DNA from: Robiginitomaculum sp. | Lineage (GTDB): Bacteria > Pseudomonadota > Alphaproteobacteria > Caulobacterales > Maricaulaceae | Assembly: GCA_021776675.1 (NCBI GenBank) | Contig: JAJFFM010000149.1 | Span: 1 to 58,602 of the forward strand | DNA: 58,602 nt | Direction: 5' to 3' | Shown here: in pieces, positions 25,530-34,528 of the stretch | Numbering within the stretch: the stretch's first letter is position 1 | Layout: each line of letters opens with the position of its first letter | The notes under the pieces: model-generated | What the model was told of the DNA's origin: nothing | The model's database searches: none | Seen by the model: the letters and a program-made list of their open reading frames with translations, nothing else | Translations under genes and position numbers: made by a program

Positions 25530-26184
25530 ACATAGTGAATATATTCTGCATAACTATTTTCGCTCAACCACATCCCTGCGTGTGCGTGTTGCATTAAACA
25601 TAAAGGGACTTGATTTCGGCTATGCGTCTTATGCTTTGCTCAACCAAGAGCATAAATCAGGAGCATATTTAAAGCTAAACCCGCAAGGTTTAGTGCCTAC
25701 ACTCGAGATTAAAGGAGAGACCGTTTTAACCCAATCTATGGCAATTCTTGAATATCTTGATGAAGAACACCCCGAACCTCCGCTCTTGCCTGATGACGCA
25801 CTTGGGCGGGCACGGGTAAGGGCTTTGGCAGGCATTATAGCCGTAGACATTCACCCCATAAACAATCTACGGGTTTTAAAGTATCTGGAGACTAAATTTG
25901 CAGCAAATGCAGATGACAAAAAAACATGGTTCCACGAATGGGCCCACCAAGGCATGAAGGCATTTGAAGCCCGTTTAAAGACCGATACCGAGACCGGGCA
26001 GTTCTGTCACGGCGATACGCCGACCATAGCCGACATATGTTTGTACGCCCAAATGTTCAACAATCAGAGATTTGACTTGGACATGTCAGCCTACCCTTGC
26101 ATTATGGCTATATTCCGTGCGTGCGAATGTCTGCCTGCTTTCGTAGACGCCGCCCCGCTCAATCAACCTGATGCCCCAAATTAA
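25522..26184 (+). CDS. maiA: Maleylacetoacetate/maleylpyruvate isomerase (zeta-class GST)
   Basis: 220 aa. LHNYFRSTTSLRVRVALNIKGLDF....L...EH....Y.KLNPQGLVPTL matches the MaiA N-terminus. The gene overlaps the FAH gene by 8 nt. Confidence 0.85.
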   Translation: MTEHSEYILHNYFRSTTSLRVRVALNIKGLDFGYASYALLNQEHKSGAYLKLNPQGLVPTLEIKGETVLTQSMAILEYLDEEHPEPPLLPDDALGRARVRALAGIIAVDIHPINNLRVLKYLETKFAANADDKKTWFHEWAHQGMKAFEARLKTDTETGQFCHGDTPTIADICLYAQMFNNQRFDLDMSAYPCIMAIFRACECLPAFVDAAPLNQPDAPN

Positions 26185-26213
26185 GGGGCAGAATACAACT
26201 TAGGAAACAAACT

Positions 26214-27341
26214 ATGCTTAAAAAGATATTTATTCTCTTCGTCTTTGCGGTTTTAATCTGTGTTGGATATTTGTCGCTTTGGCCAGTACCTATCAATCCT
26301 GTCTCCTGGGATGCACCAAAGAGCGTTGGCTATACGGCTGATTTTGAGCCAAATATGAAATTGGCCGGCTTGAAAACGCTGGCTATTGGTGAGCACCACG
26401 GCCCCGAAGATGTAGCAGGCCGTATAGAAGATGAGCGCATGATCATCTACACATCTACTCAAAGCGGCGATATTATCCGCATTGATCCCCATAGCAATGA
26501 ACACAGGGTTTTTGCCAATACCGGTGGTGTTGCGCTCGGCTTACAATTTGCACCTGACGGATTACTGGACAAAAACCTGATAGTCGCGGATGCCCACAAA
26601 GGATTGCTAAGCATTGATGCGAACGGTACTGTCACGGTTCTAACCGATAAAGCTGAAGACGGCAGCCCTATATTATATGCGGATGAGCTTGCTATTGCGC
26701 AAGACGGTAAAGTTTATTTCTCTGATGCTTCGACTAAATTCGGTGCCAAACAGGCAGGTTCTACGCTTTCGGGTTCTCTATTGGAATTGATGGAACACGG
26801 CAGCACTGGACGAGTATTGGTTTATAATCCCGCAGACGGCAGCACCAAAACAGTTGTGGATAATATGAGCTTCCCCAACGGTGTAGCCATGTGCCCGGAC
26901 GATGCCTGTATCCTCATTGCGGAAACCGGTATGTATGCCGTAAAACGCTTTTGGTTGACTGGCCCTAAATCCGGTACCATGGACACTGTCATAGAAAACC
27001 TACCCGGGTTTCCTGACAATATAAATAAAGGCCAAGACGGTCGTTATTGGGTTGGGTTGACCAGTCCACGCTCGCAAGCGCTGGATAATCTTTCAGACAA
27101 GCCTTTCATGCGTAAATTGGTGCAGCGCCTACCTGCAGCCATGCGCCCCAAGGCGGTCAATTACGGCTTTATATTTGCTATGGACATGAACGGCAAAGTA
27201 TTAGCCCAATATCAAGATCCATCCGGTTCTTATCCGCTAACCACTGGTGCTACCGAACCCGGTGATGGCTGGTTATATATTGGCTCATTAGGTGCCATAG
27301 AACTAGCGCGCAAAGACATAAACCATGAATTATTCGAATAA
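26214..27341 (+). CDS. SMP-30/gluconolactonase/strictosidine-synthase-like beta-propeller protein, membrane-anchored or secreted
   Basis: 375 aa with an N-terminal hydrophobic segment. GPEDVA, ...YFSDAS.KF, FPNGVA and GFPDNI...DGRYWVG are typical of the strictosidine synthase-like/SMP-30 fold. Confidence 0.7.
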   Translation: MLKKIFILFVFAVLICVGYLSLWPVPINPVSWDAPKSVGYTADFEPNMKLAGLKTLAIGEHHGPEDVAGRIEDERMIIYTSTQSGDIIRIDPHSNEHRVFANTGGVALGLQFAPDGLLDKNLIVADAHKGLLSIDANGTVTVLTDKAEDGSPILYADELAIAQDGKVYFSDASTKFGAKQAGSTLSGSLLELMEHGSTGRVLVYNPADGSTKTVVDNMSFPNGVAMCPDDACILIAETGMYAVKRFWLTGPKSGTMDTVIENLPGFPDNINKGQDGRYWVGLTSPRSQALDNLSDKPFMRKLVQRLPAAMRPKAVNYGFIFAMDMNGKVLAQYQDPSGSYPLTTGATEPGDGWLYIGSLGAIELARKDINHELFE

Positions 27342-27365
27342 TCTTCTTTTTACAGGAATTAAATT

Positions 27366-28676
27366 ATGCAGTTCACTCACAATTTAAAATTTTGGATCAT
27401 TGGGCTAACATTAGTCTTCGTGCAGGCCTGTAGTTCTACCCCAGATGTGGAAGCCTCGAAGGTTGATACACATATTAAAACCAAAATTCCGCCGCCATTT
27501 GCGATTACGACCCAATCTTTGCGCGAAGAACGTTTAGACAAATTAATCGTCGAACTCGTGAAAGAAGGCAGTGTACCAGGTCTATCCGTCTTGATTTACG
27601 AAGGCGATAAAGAGACATATTTCGGAGAAGCAGGCTATTCGGATATAGCAGCAAAAACGCCTTTGAAACGGGCTGATATCGGACGCTATTACTCCATGAC
27701 CAAGCCGATTACCGGTGTTGCTATGATGATGCTGTATGAGCGAGGTAAATTTAAACTGGATGATCCCGTCTCGAAATATTTGCCGGAGTTTAGCGAAATG
27801 ATGGTTTACGGCGGCGAAAACGAAGACGGGACTATGCAGCTTGTACCTGCCGAAAACCAGATTACCATACGCGATTTGATGCGTCACACCTCTGGCCTGA
27901 CCTACGGGTTTATTGATACACCCATTGACCATATGTATAATAAAACCAAACTGCTTACATATGACCAAACCGTAGCGCAGTTTTCTGAAAAAGTGGCTCA
28001 ATTACCCTTACTCTATCAACCTAGTACCCAGTATAATTACAGCGTATCAGTTGATGTGCAGGGGCGGCTCATCGAGGTTTTATCGGGGCAATCGCTTAGT
28101 ACATTTTTTGAAGCTAATATCTTCACCCCGCTAAATATGAACCATACAGGTTTTAAGGTCTCAGCACTGGACCGGTCAAAATTTAGTGCTGTTTACGCCC
28201 ATGGTAAAGAAGGCTTATTTGCTATGCACGACGGGGACCCGCGCATACCGCTAGGACTTCTTGTCGACGAGCCGTTTTTGGGTGATCTTGCATTTGAAAG
28301 CGGTGGCGGCGGACTGGTTTCGTCCATAGATGATTACGCAAAATTTGCTTTGATGCTACAGCGCAATGATGGCACATTGATTAAACCTGAAACACTGGAA
28401 TTAATGACAACGGATCAATTGGGTGATTTGCTCAAGGGAGGCCTCGACGAAGGCACCAGTTTTGGTCTTAACTTTGCTCTTAAAACAACACCGCAAAAAA
28501 GCGGTGTCTATAATGTACCCCAAGGAACTTTTTATTGGGGCGGCACCGCAGGAACATTGTTTTTTGTTGATAAAAAAAACGACCTGACATTCTTGATGCA
28601 TACACAAGTCATGAGACCCTTTAAACGTGACCTACGCGCTCGAATGGTGAACGCAATTTACGGATATAGACCATGA
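27366..28676 (+). CDS. Serine hydrolase, beta-lactamase/esterase (class C-like) family, secreted or lipoprotein
   Basis: 436 aa with the signal ...LVFVQACSS. It has the SxxK motif (YSMTKPITGVAMMML), YSVS (YxN-like) and a late GGGL/WGG motif. Confidence 0.85.
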   Translation: MQFTHNLKFWIIGLTLVFVQACSSTPDVEASKVDTHIKTKIPPPFAITTQSLREERLDKLIVELVKEGSVPGLSVLIYEGDKETYFGEAGYSDIAAKTPLKRADIGRYYSMTKPITGVAMMMLYERGKFKLDDPVSKYLPEFSEMMVYGGENEDGTMQLVPAENQITIRDLMRHTSGLTYGFIDTPIDHMYNKTKLLTYDQTVAQFSEKVAQLPLLYQPSTQYNYSVSVDVQGRLIEVLSGQSLSTFFEANIFTPLNMNHTGFKVSALDRSKFSAVYAHGKEGLFAMHDGDPRIPLGLLVDEPFLGDLAFESGGGGLVSSIDDYAKFALMLQRNDGTLIKPETLELMTTDQLGDLLKGGLDEGTSFGLNFALKTTPQKSGVYNVPQGTFYWGGTAGTLFFVDKKNDLTFLMHTQVMRPFKRDLRARMVNAIYGYRP

Positions 28677-29329
28677 ATACGTTAACCTTACACATTGGCA
28701 ATAAAAATTACTCTTCATGGTCAATGCGGCCTTGGCTAGTTTTGCGCAAAAGTGAGTTGTCTTTTGCGGAAAACCTGATCCAACTTGATGTCCCGGGATT
28801 TAAAGACAAATTACTGGCACTTACGGATGCGGGTACTGTCCCCGTATTACAAATCGGTGATGACATGCTGCCTGATAGCTTGGCTATCAGTGATTGGTTG
28901 GCGCAGGCCGTGCCAAACCTTTGGCCGACAGACCCCAAGGACAAAGAACGAGCGCACAGGCTTTGCAAGCAATTGCAAGATGATTTTACCGAGTTACGTA
29001 ATCACGCGCCGATGAATCTCCGGCGGCGCACCCGCACAAAAATGCCAAAATCATGTCTGGAATCTGCGGTCAAAATGGACGGTATATTTTCTGATTTACT
29101 AAGCGAGCATGACGGGCATTTTTTATTTGGTAATTGGTGTATTGCAGATGCATTTGCCACACCTTATGCGACACGTTTCGTCAGCTACGATATTCCTCGT
29201 TCCCATAAAATGGACACTTATATTAGTGAGCTCATGGGCGACGAAGATTATTTAGATTGGGAAGCCGATGCCATGGTCGAGGTTTGGGAATTACCGGATA
29301 CAGATTTGATCTACGGTGGTCGCTCTTAG
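28673..29329 (+). CDS. Glutathione S-transferase family protein
   Basis: 218 aa. NKNYSSWSMRPWLVL... and ..GTVPVL match the N-terminal thioredoxin-like GST fold. There is a 4-nt overlap with the upstream gene. Confidence 0.8.
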   Translation: MNTLTLHIGNKNYSSWSMRPWLVLRKSELSFAENLIQLDVPGFKDKLLALTDAGTVPVLQIGDDMLPDSLAISDWLAQAVPNLWPTDPKDKERAHRLCKQLQDDFTELRNHAPMNLRRRTRTKMPKSCLESAVKMDGIFSDLLSEHDGHFLFGNWCIADAFATPYATRFVSYDIPRSHKMDTYISELMGDEDYLDWEADAMVEVWELPDTDLIYGGRS

Positions 29330-30136
29330 TGCACATTCATTCCTTGCACATTTATCCTGTAAAAAGCACTCGCGGTATTAGCCTTCAAACTGCACAAGTT
29401 AAACAGCGCGGCCTTGCGGGCGACAGACGCTTCATGTTGGTAGACACAGACGGTAAGTTCATCACACAAAGGGAGTTCCCAAAATTAGCGCTACTCTGTA
29501 CACGTCAAAACGTGAGCGGAATTGCACTTAAATTGCCTGAACATGACTGGGTGGATGTACAGCACCCTTCCCCAGACAACCGCAAGCAAATCACCGTATG
29601 GCGCAGTCGTGTCGACGCTGCTTATGTTGAGGGCGAAACAAATATGGCCTGTCCGCATGGCTTGGCCGTACCGTGTCGTTGGTCTTTATGGACGAAAACG
29701 CAGAGCGCCTCGCCAATCCAAAATGGACACCCGCCCCCAGCCAAGTCAGTTTCGCAGATGGCTACCCGATTTTGATAACCAATACGGCATCGCTTACCGC
29801 ACTTAACAATCATATTACAAGCACGGATGGGAATGCCATCGGTATGGACAGGTTTCGCCCAAATATCGTCATTGAAAGCGACACTCCGTGGGCAGAGGAC
29901 AATTGGCAATCCATGCAAATCGGGGATGTTATCCTAGATCTCGTCAAACCCTGTGCAAGATGCATCATAACCAGTATCGATCAAAGCACAGGCGAAAACA
30001 CAAAAAAACCGCCCTCGCCGCCCTCAAAGACTTACACCCAAGTACAGACCCCAAAAACCCCGGTGTACTTTTTGGCTGGAACGTGGTTGCAAGAACAGTG
30101 GGGAAAATTAGTGTTAATGATACAGTCAAAATATAA
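29330..30136 (+). pseudogene. MOSC-domain protein (YcbX-like) interrupted by two frameshifts
   Basis: Frame A gives VHIHSLHIYPVKSTRGISL...ITVWRSRVDAAYVEGETN. Frame B gives KYGLSAWLGRTVSLVFMDE...VSFADGYPILITNTASL..LN...RFRPNIVIE...VKPCARCIITSIDQSTGENTKK. Frame C gives TALAALKDLHPSTDPKNPGVLFGWNVVARTVGKISVNDTVKI*. The shifts lie near 29631-29650 and in the A7 run at 30002-30008. Confidence 0.7.
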
Positions 30137-30185
30137 ACCAAAATTGAAATTTGCGCGGGGCGAAGAATTGTTGTAAGCTCCAGCT

Positions 30186-31037
30186 ATGGGAAAACGGGTT
30201 TTATTTCTAGCGCTTGTATGGGGAATGGCCTTGTGCGTCTCTATTTCGGTATTTGGGTCAAATACCGTCACCAGTTCTTTCAATGGAAAGCGCGCCAAAA
30301 AACAACTACTCAATGTCCAGAAAAATGAAATAAATGCCTTAGCACTGAACTGTGAAATATCGGAAAATAAGATTCGAAAATCATTTGCGACCGTCTTGCG
30401 ACTTAGCACCAAAGACAAATTTGAGCAAAAATACGATGTAGCCATCACCACTGGGCACGGACTATTAGGTGCCGATGGTAATTTGTTTGCAAATTGTTTT
30501 GTCAGTTATCCCGGCAGTGAAAATATTCCTGTAACGGCCGCAAAACTCGCGCCAAATTTCAAAGTCGGCACACCGTCGGATTGGGGAGTGATTATTTTCC
30601 CCACTATTAAGCAAGGTAAGCTTATCCGTTACTCAGTTGGTGATAATTTTTCACAAAAATCATTTGAAGGTTTTGCAGAAATGCGGCCATCCGTATTATT
30701 TTCAACGGCTCGTGGTCTGCCTACAAATGGTCAGAATTGCTCAGTTGAACCCCGCCGGTTTGCAGGCCTAGGGCATAAAAAATTCCTCGGCTTTTTATCG
30801 CACACTTGCCGCGCCATTCCTGGACAATCGGGAACACCAATTTCAATCATTCAAAATCAAAACCCTATCCTCATAGGAATCCACGTAGGTAATTCTATGG
30901 TCTATGGCTACCCCACGATGAATACACCTTTGCACTACCGCGGTTATATGCGTGGGATTGACGCAGTGTTTATGACTGAATTTTCAAAAGTTTTAGCCAG
31001 TATGAACATAAAATTTCAAGAGAAAAGAATACCTTAA
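30186..31037 (+). CDS. Secreted trypsin-like (S1/chymotrypsin-fold) serine peptidase, divergent
   Basis: 283 aa with a signal peptide (LALVWGMALCVSISVFG). A candidate catalytic triad is present: ITTGHGLLG (His), SDWGVIIF (Asp) and AIPGQSGTPI (the GxSGxP serine). The gene is AT-rich. Confidence 0.5.
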   Translation: MGKRVLFLALVWGMALCVSISVFGSNTVTSSFNGKRAKKQLLNVQKNEINALALNCEISENKIRKSFATVLRLSTKDKFEQKYDVAITTGHGLLGADGNLFANCFVSYPGSENIPVTAAKLAPNFKVGTPSDWGVIIFPTIKQGKLIRYSVGDNFSQKSFEGFAEMRPSVLFSTARGLPTNGQNCSVEPRRFAGLGHKKFLGFLSHTCRAIPGQSGTPISIIQNQNPILIGIHVGNSMVYGYPTMNTPLHYRGYMRGIDAVFMTEFSKVLASMNIKFQEKRIP

Positions 31038-32056
31038 TGTCTTTACCTATTCTGGATATTTCAGATTTACGACAAAACCCAGAAAGCCGTGCGGCGCACA
31101 ATACAGCCAATCAGCTTCGTGATATTTGCCACACCGCAGGTTTTTGCTATATCGTAGGACACGGCATGTCTGTGCGGCATGTGAAAATTGCTGCGGCCAT
31201 GCAGAGTTTTTTTAATCTGCCTCTATCCGAACGTGGAAAACTAAATTTGATTAACTCCCCGCATTTTCGCGGTTATACTATATTGGGCAATGAGCTAACG
31301 GGCGGCGCGCAAGACTGGCGTGACCAAATGGATTTTTGCGACGAAAAGCTCGCTCACGTTTTATCAGATAATGATCCGGCGTGGCTTAATCTGCGCGGCC
31401 CAAATCAGTGGCCGGAAACACTGCCAATACTACGTCCCGCCGTTGAAGACTGGATGGACGGCATGTACGAAATTGGTGACACGCTAACCCGTGCCCTTTC
31501 GCTCGGCATGGGATTGGGAGCAGATTATTTTGACAGCTATTTTACGCCAAAAGGCGACGCCCGCCTCAAGCTTATCCGTTACCGTATACCGGAAACGGGC
31601 GGCAGTTCCCAAAATTATAATCAGGGTGTGGGCTGGCACAACGATACGGGGTTTCTCACCTTTATTATGCAAGACGAAATCGGCGGATTACAAGTGGATA
31701 TAGACGGCAAGATCATTGATGCTACACCTATTGCCAAAGCTGGAGAAGACGCATTGGTGATGAATATGGGCGAAATGTTACAAGTGGCAACGGGTGGTTA
31801 TCTGCGCGCAACACCCCACAGGGTCAAAAGCCCACCGCCCGGCACAGAGCGCCACTCCATTGCTTATTTCTTTAACCCGAGGATAGATGCCAAATTAGAG
31901 CCCGTCCCTCTCCCCCCTGAACTTGCAGGCGAAGCGCACGGCCCCCAAAATACAGACCCAAATGACCCCGTATTTAACGTAGTAGGCGCAAATATATTAA
32001 AAACAAGATTAAGGGCACATCCCGATGTGGCAGCTAAATATTACGGGGTTGAGTAA
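31037..32056 (+). CDS. Isopenicillin N synthase-like 2OG-Fe(II) oxygenase family protein
   Basis: 339 aa. It has the N-terminal non-haem dioxygenase domain (LPILDISDL...C...GFCYIVGHG) and HNDTGFLTF....GGLQV....W......NMG..L...T.G.L.AT.HRV (the HxD...H facial triad). Confidence 0.85.
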   Translation: MSLPILDISDLRQNPESRAAHNTANQLRDICHTAGFCYIVGHGMSVRHVKIAAAMQSFFNLPLSERGKLNLINSPHFRGYTILGNELTGGAQDWRDQMDFCDEKLAHVLSDNDPAWLNLRGPNQWPETLPILRPAVEDWMDGMYEIGDTLTRALSLGMGLGADYFDSYFTPKGDARLKLIRYRIPETGGSSQNYNQGVGWHNDTGFLTFIMQDEIGGLQVDIDGKIIDATPIAKAGEDALVMNMGEMLQVATGGYLRATPHRVKSPPPGTERHSIAYFFNPRIDAKLEPVPLPPELAGEAHGPQNTDPNDPVFNVVGANILKTRLRAHPDVAAKYYGVE

Positions 32057-32601
32057 TCGCCTATTGGCGGCAAAGGCCATTGAAAGTATAACCTCCACAC
32101 ATCAGATACGTTTTGAATTATGGATGTAAGCGCTCTTTGCTCACCATTCAATTGTGTGACTACAATTTGCTCAGTACCGCCATTTTTCCCTTCACCATAA
32201 AATAATACAGAATAGCCAGTCTGGCATGCTATAATAGCACCACTTCCAACAACTCTTGTATTTTTCCTACTTAAAGTATGATGCTTAAATGCATCTGCTA
32301 TATCCCGAAGCAATGAAACATCTTTTACTTTATTATTTGTGCGAAGAAAGACACATTTCATATCTAGTTCATTTCTGAGCTTCCCAATATCAACAATATC
32401 CCCTTCGCTTAGGACAAAGTCTGTAAATTGATGTAACTCAATTGAGGCTGTGCGCGCACGTCTCATAAGATCATCACGAGCTACATTTAAATTCTCTAAA
32501 TCACCAGAGGTCAAGGCTTGAGTTAAGGCAATTTCTGCTAATTTATATTCCGCCAAGGCTGGCAGAATAACCTTATCAAAATGGTGCTTAATCACAGGCA
32601 T
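32041..32601 (-). CDS. Hypothetical protein (AT-rich orphan)
   Basis: 186-aa ORF with clean coding appearance. It is much more AT-rich than its flanks, and its 3' end overlaps the convergent oxygenase gene by 16 nt. I recognise no family. Confidence 0.5.
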   Translation of the reverse strand: MPVIKHHFDKVILPALAEYKLAEIALTQALTSGDLENLNVARDDLMRRARTASIELHQFTDFVLSEGDIVDIGKLRNELDMKCVFLRTNNKVKDVSLLRDIADAFKHHTLSRKNTRVVGSGAIIACQTGYSVLFYGEGKNGGTEQIVVTQLNGEQRALTSIIQNVSDVWRLYFQWPLPPIGDYSTP

Positions 32602-32679
32602 GAAAAACTTTAGTTCAAATGGATGCCATAAAAAACACGAATTCTTTGTTAGGACAACCCCTTACCAAAATTTTCACCC

Positions 32680-33777
32680 CTAAACATTAAACTTAAAATG
32701 CATGATGTCGCCGTCTTGGACGATATATGTTTTGCCTTCTTGGCGGGTTTTGCCGGCATCTTTGGCACCTTGTTCGCCGCCGTGCTCTACAAAATCCTCG
32801 TAGGCCGTAGTCTCGGCGCGGATGAAGCCGCGTTCAAAATCTGTGTGAATGACACCGGCGCATCTGGGGGCGCTCCAACCTTCGTGGAACGTCCATGCAC
32901 GGGCTTCTTTGGGGCCAACAGTAAAATATGTTTCCAGACCGAGCAGTTTATATCCGGTTTGGATAAGACGGTTAAGGCCCGGCTCTTCCAAATCCAGCGC
33001 TTCTAAATAATCCACGCGTTCTGCGTCGTCCAGTAAGGCAATTTCACTTTCGATTTGCGCAGAAATAACCACAGCCTGCGCACCTTCAGTTTTGGCGTGG
33101 GCAAATACGGTATCAGAATATGCATTCCCCGTGGCCGCACTGTCTTCGTCAACATTGGCCACATAAAGAATTGGTTTAGCGGTTAGTAATTGTAGCATAC
33201 GCCAAGCTTTGCGGTCGTCTTTATCGATTGTAGCGGCACGCGCAGGACGGCCTTCACCGAGTTCTGCCAAAGCAATATCAATAAGCTTTAGAGTTAAAAT
33301 GGCTTCTTTGTCGCCACCTTTCAGTTTTTTCTCCAGCGCAGGTTTACGCTTCTCCAAGCTCTCCATGTCAGCCATCATCAGTTCGGTTTGGACAGTATCC
33401 AAATCCGCTAATGGATCGATTTTACCTTCAACATGGGTAACATCATCATCATCGAAACAGCGCAGCACATAAGCTATGGCATCTGTCTCGCGGATGTTGG
33501 ACAAGAATTGGTTGCCGAGCCCCTCACCTTGGGAAGCACCGCGCACAAGGCCCGCAATATCTACGAAATTCATCCGTGCGGGAATTTGCTCTTTCGATTG
33601 ACCAATTTTGGCAATAACAGGTAAGCGCACTTCGGGTACGGGCACTTCACCGACATTAGGCTCGATGGTGCAAAATGGATAGTTTTCCGCCGCCGCAGAC
33701 GCCGTCTGGGTCAGGGCATTAAACAGGGTTGATTTACCAACATTTGGCAGACCCACAATTGCGCATTTAAATCCCAT
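32680..33777 (-). CDS. ychF: Redox-regulated ATPase YchF (Obg-family GTPase/ATPase)
   Basis: 365 aa. [18 protein letters not shown], the DIAGLV G3 motif, and a C-terminal TGS domain ending ...[10 protein letters not shown]. Confidence 0.95.
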   Translation of the reverse strand: MGFKCAIVGLPNVGKSTLFNALTQTASAAAENYPFCTIEPNVGEVPVPEVRLPVIAKIGQSKEQIPARMNFVDIAGLVRGASQGEGLGNQFLSNIRETDAIAYVLRCFDDDDVTHVEGKIDPLADLDTVQTELMMADMESLEKRKPALEKKLKGGDKEAILTLKLIDIALAELGEGRPARAATIDKDDRKAWRMLQLLTAKPILYVANVDEDSAATGNAYSDTVFAHAKTEGAQAVVISAQIESEIALLDDAERVDYLEALDLEEPGLNRLIQTGYKLLGLETYFTVGPKEARAWTFHEGWSAPRCAGVIHTDFERGFIRAETTAYEDFVEHGGEQGAKDAGKTRQEGKTYIVQDGDIMHFKFNV

Positions 33778-33791
33778 TACATCGTCCTAAC

Positions 33792-33855
33792 TTAACTTTT
33801 TCTTGGCTTAATTTTTTCTTGGCTTAATTTCTTCTTGGCTTAATTTCTTCTTGGT
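33792..33855. repeat. Four tandem copies of a 16-bp unit spanning the pth stop codon
   Basis: Plus-strand units are TTAACTTTTTCTTGGC, TTAATTTTTTCTTGGC, TTAATTTCTTCTTGGC and TTAATTTCTTCTTGGT. On the coding (minus) strand each unit reads (G/A)CCAAGAA(G/A)AA(A/G)TTAA and ends in TAA. Confidence 0.9.
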
Positions 33856-34445
33856 TTAGATGTTGGTGCAGGTGCCAAATGATTAACTTTGGTTTGAAAT
33901 TTTTCGATCTCTCCTGCCGCCAATAAACCAGCACTTCGAACACACGCATCCAATAATGCATTAACCCAGTCACGATCTGATTTAGCAAAATCAGATAACA
34001 CATGGCTGTGCACTTGTTCTTTGCGTCCCGGATGACCAATACCCATACGGGCACGGTAAAACTCTGCACCTACCGCGGCCTTGATAGAACGAAGGCCATT
34101 ATGGCCAGCAATACCGCCGCCCAACTTCACGCGAAACTTTCCCGCATCCAGATCAAGCTCATCATGAAACACAATAATCTTGTCTTTGGGGATTTTATAA
34201 AACTGCGCCGCCGCCGCCACGGAGCGACCACTTTCGTTCATAAACGTCATAGGCTTTAGGATAAGTGCTTTAATACGCCCGCCCTCAGTTTCGATGAAAC
34301 CTTCACGCACACTTCCACTAAACTTAGATTTTGGTGCAGAAAAATTATGATAGTCTGCAAGTGCATCAACCGCCATAAACCCAATGTTATGGCGGTTGCC
34401 TGCATATTTTACGCCGGGATTACCCAGCCCTACAATGAGAAGCAT
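33840..34445 (-). CDS. pth: Aminoacyl-tRNA hydrolase (peptidyl-tRNA hydrolase)
   Basis: MLLIVGLGNPG.KY...RHNIGF...D, FMNESG and HDELDL..G are Pth motifs. The ATG at 34445 is preceded by GGAGG at 5 nt, so I preferred it over the ORF-track start at 34514. Confidence 0.9.
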   Translation of the reverse strand: MLLIVGLGNPGVKYAGNRHNIGFMAVDALADYHNFSAPKSKFSGSVREGFIETEGGRIKALILKPMTFMNESGRSVAAAAQFYKIPKDKIIVFHDELDLDAGKFRVKLGGGIAGHNGLRSIKAAVGAEFYRARMGIGHPGRKEQVHSHVLSDFAKSDRDWVNALLDACVRSAGLLAAGEIEKFQTKVNHLAPAPTSKPRRN

Positions 34446-34528
34446 TGGTGCCTCCGCATTTAACCTTTTGCGTTTAAATAAAAACGAGAACATAGAGCCA
34501 AATGACAAGGCCATAGAACGGGGGAAAC

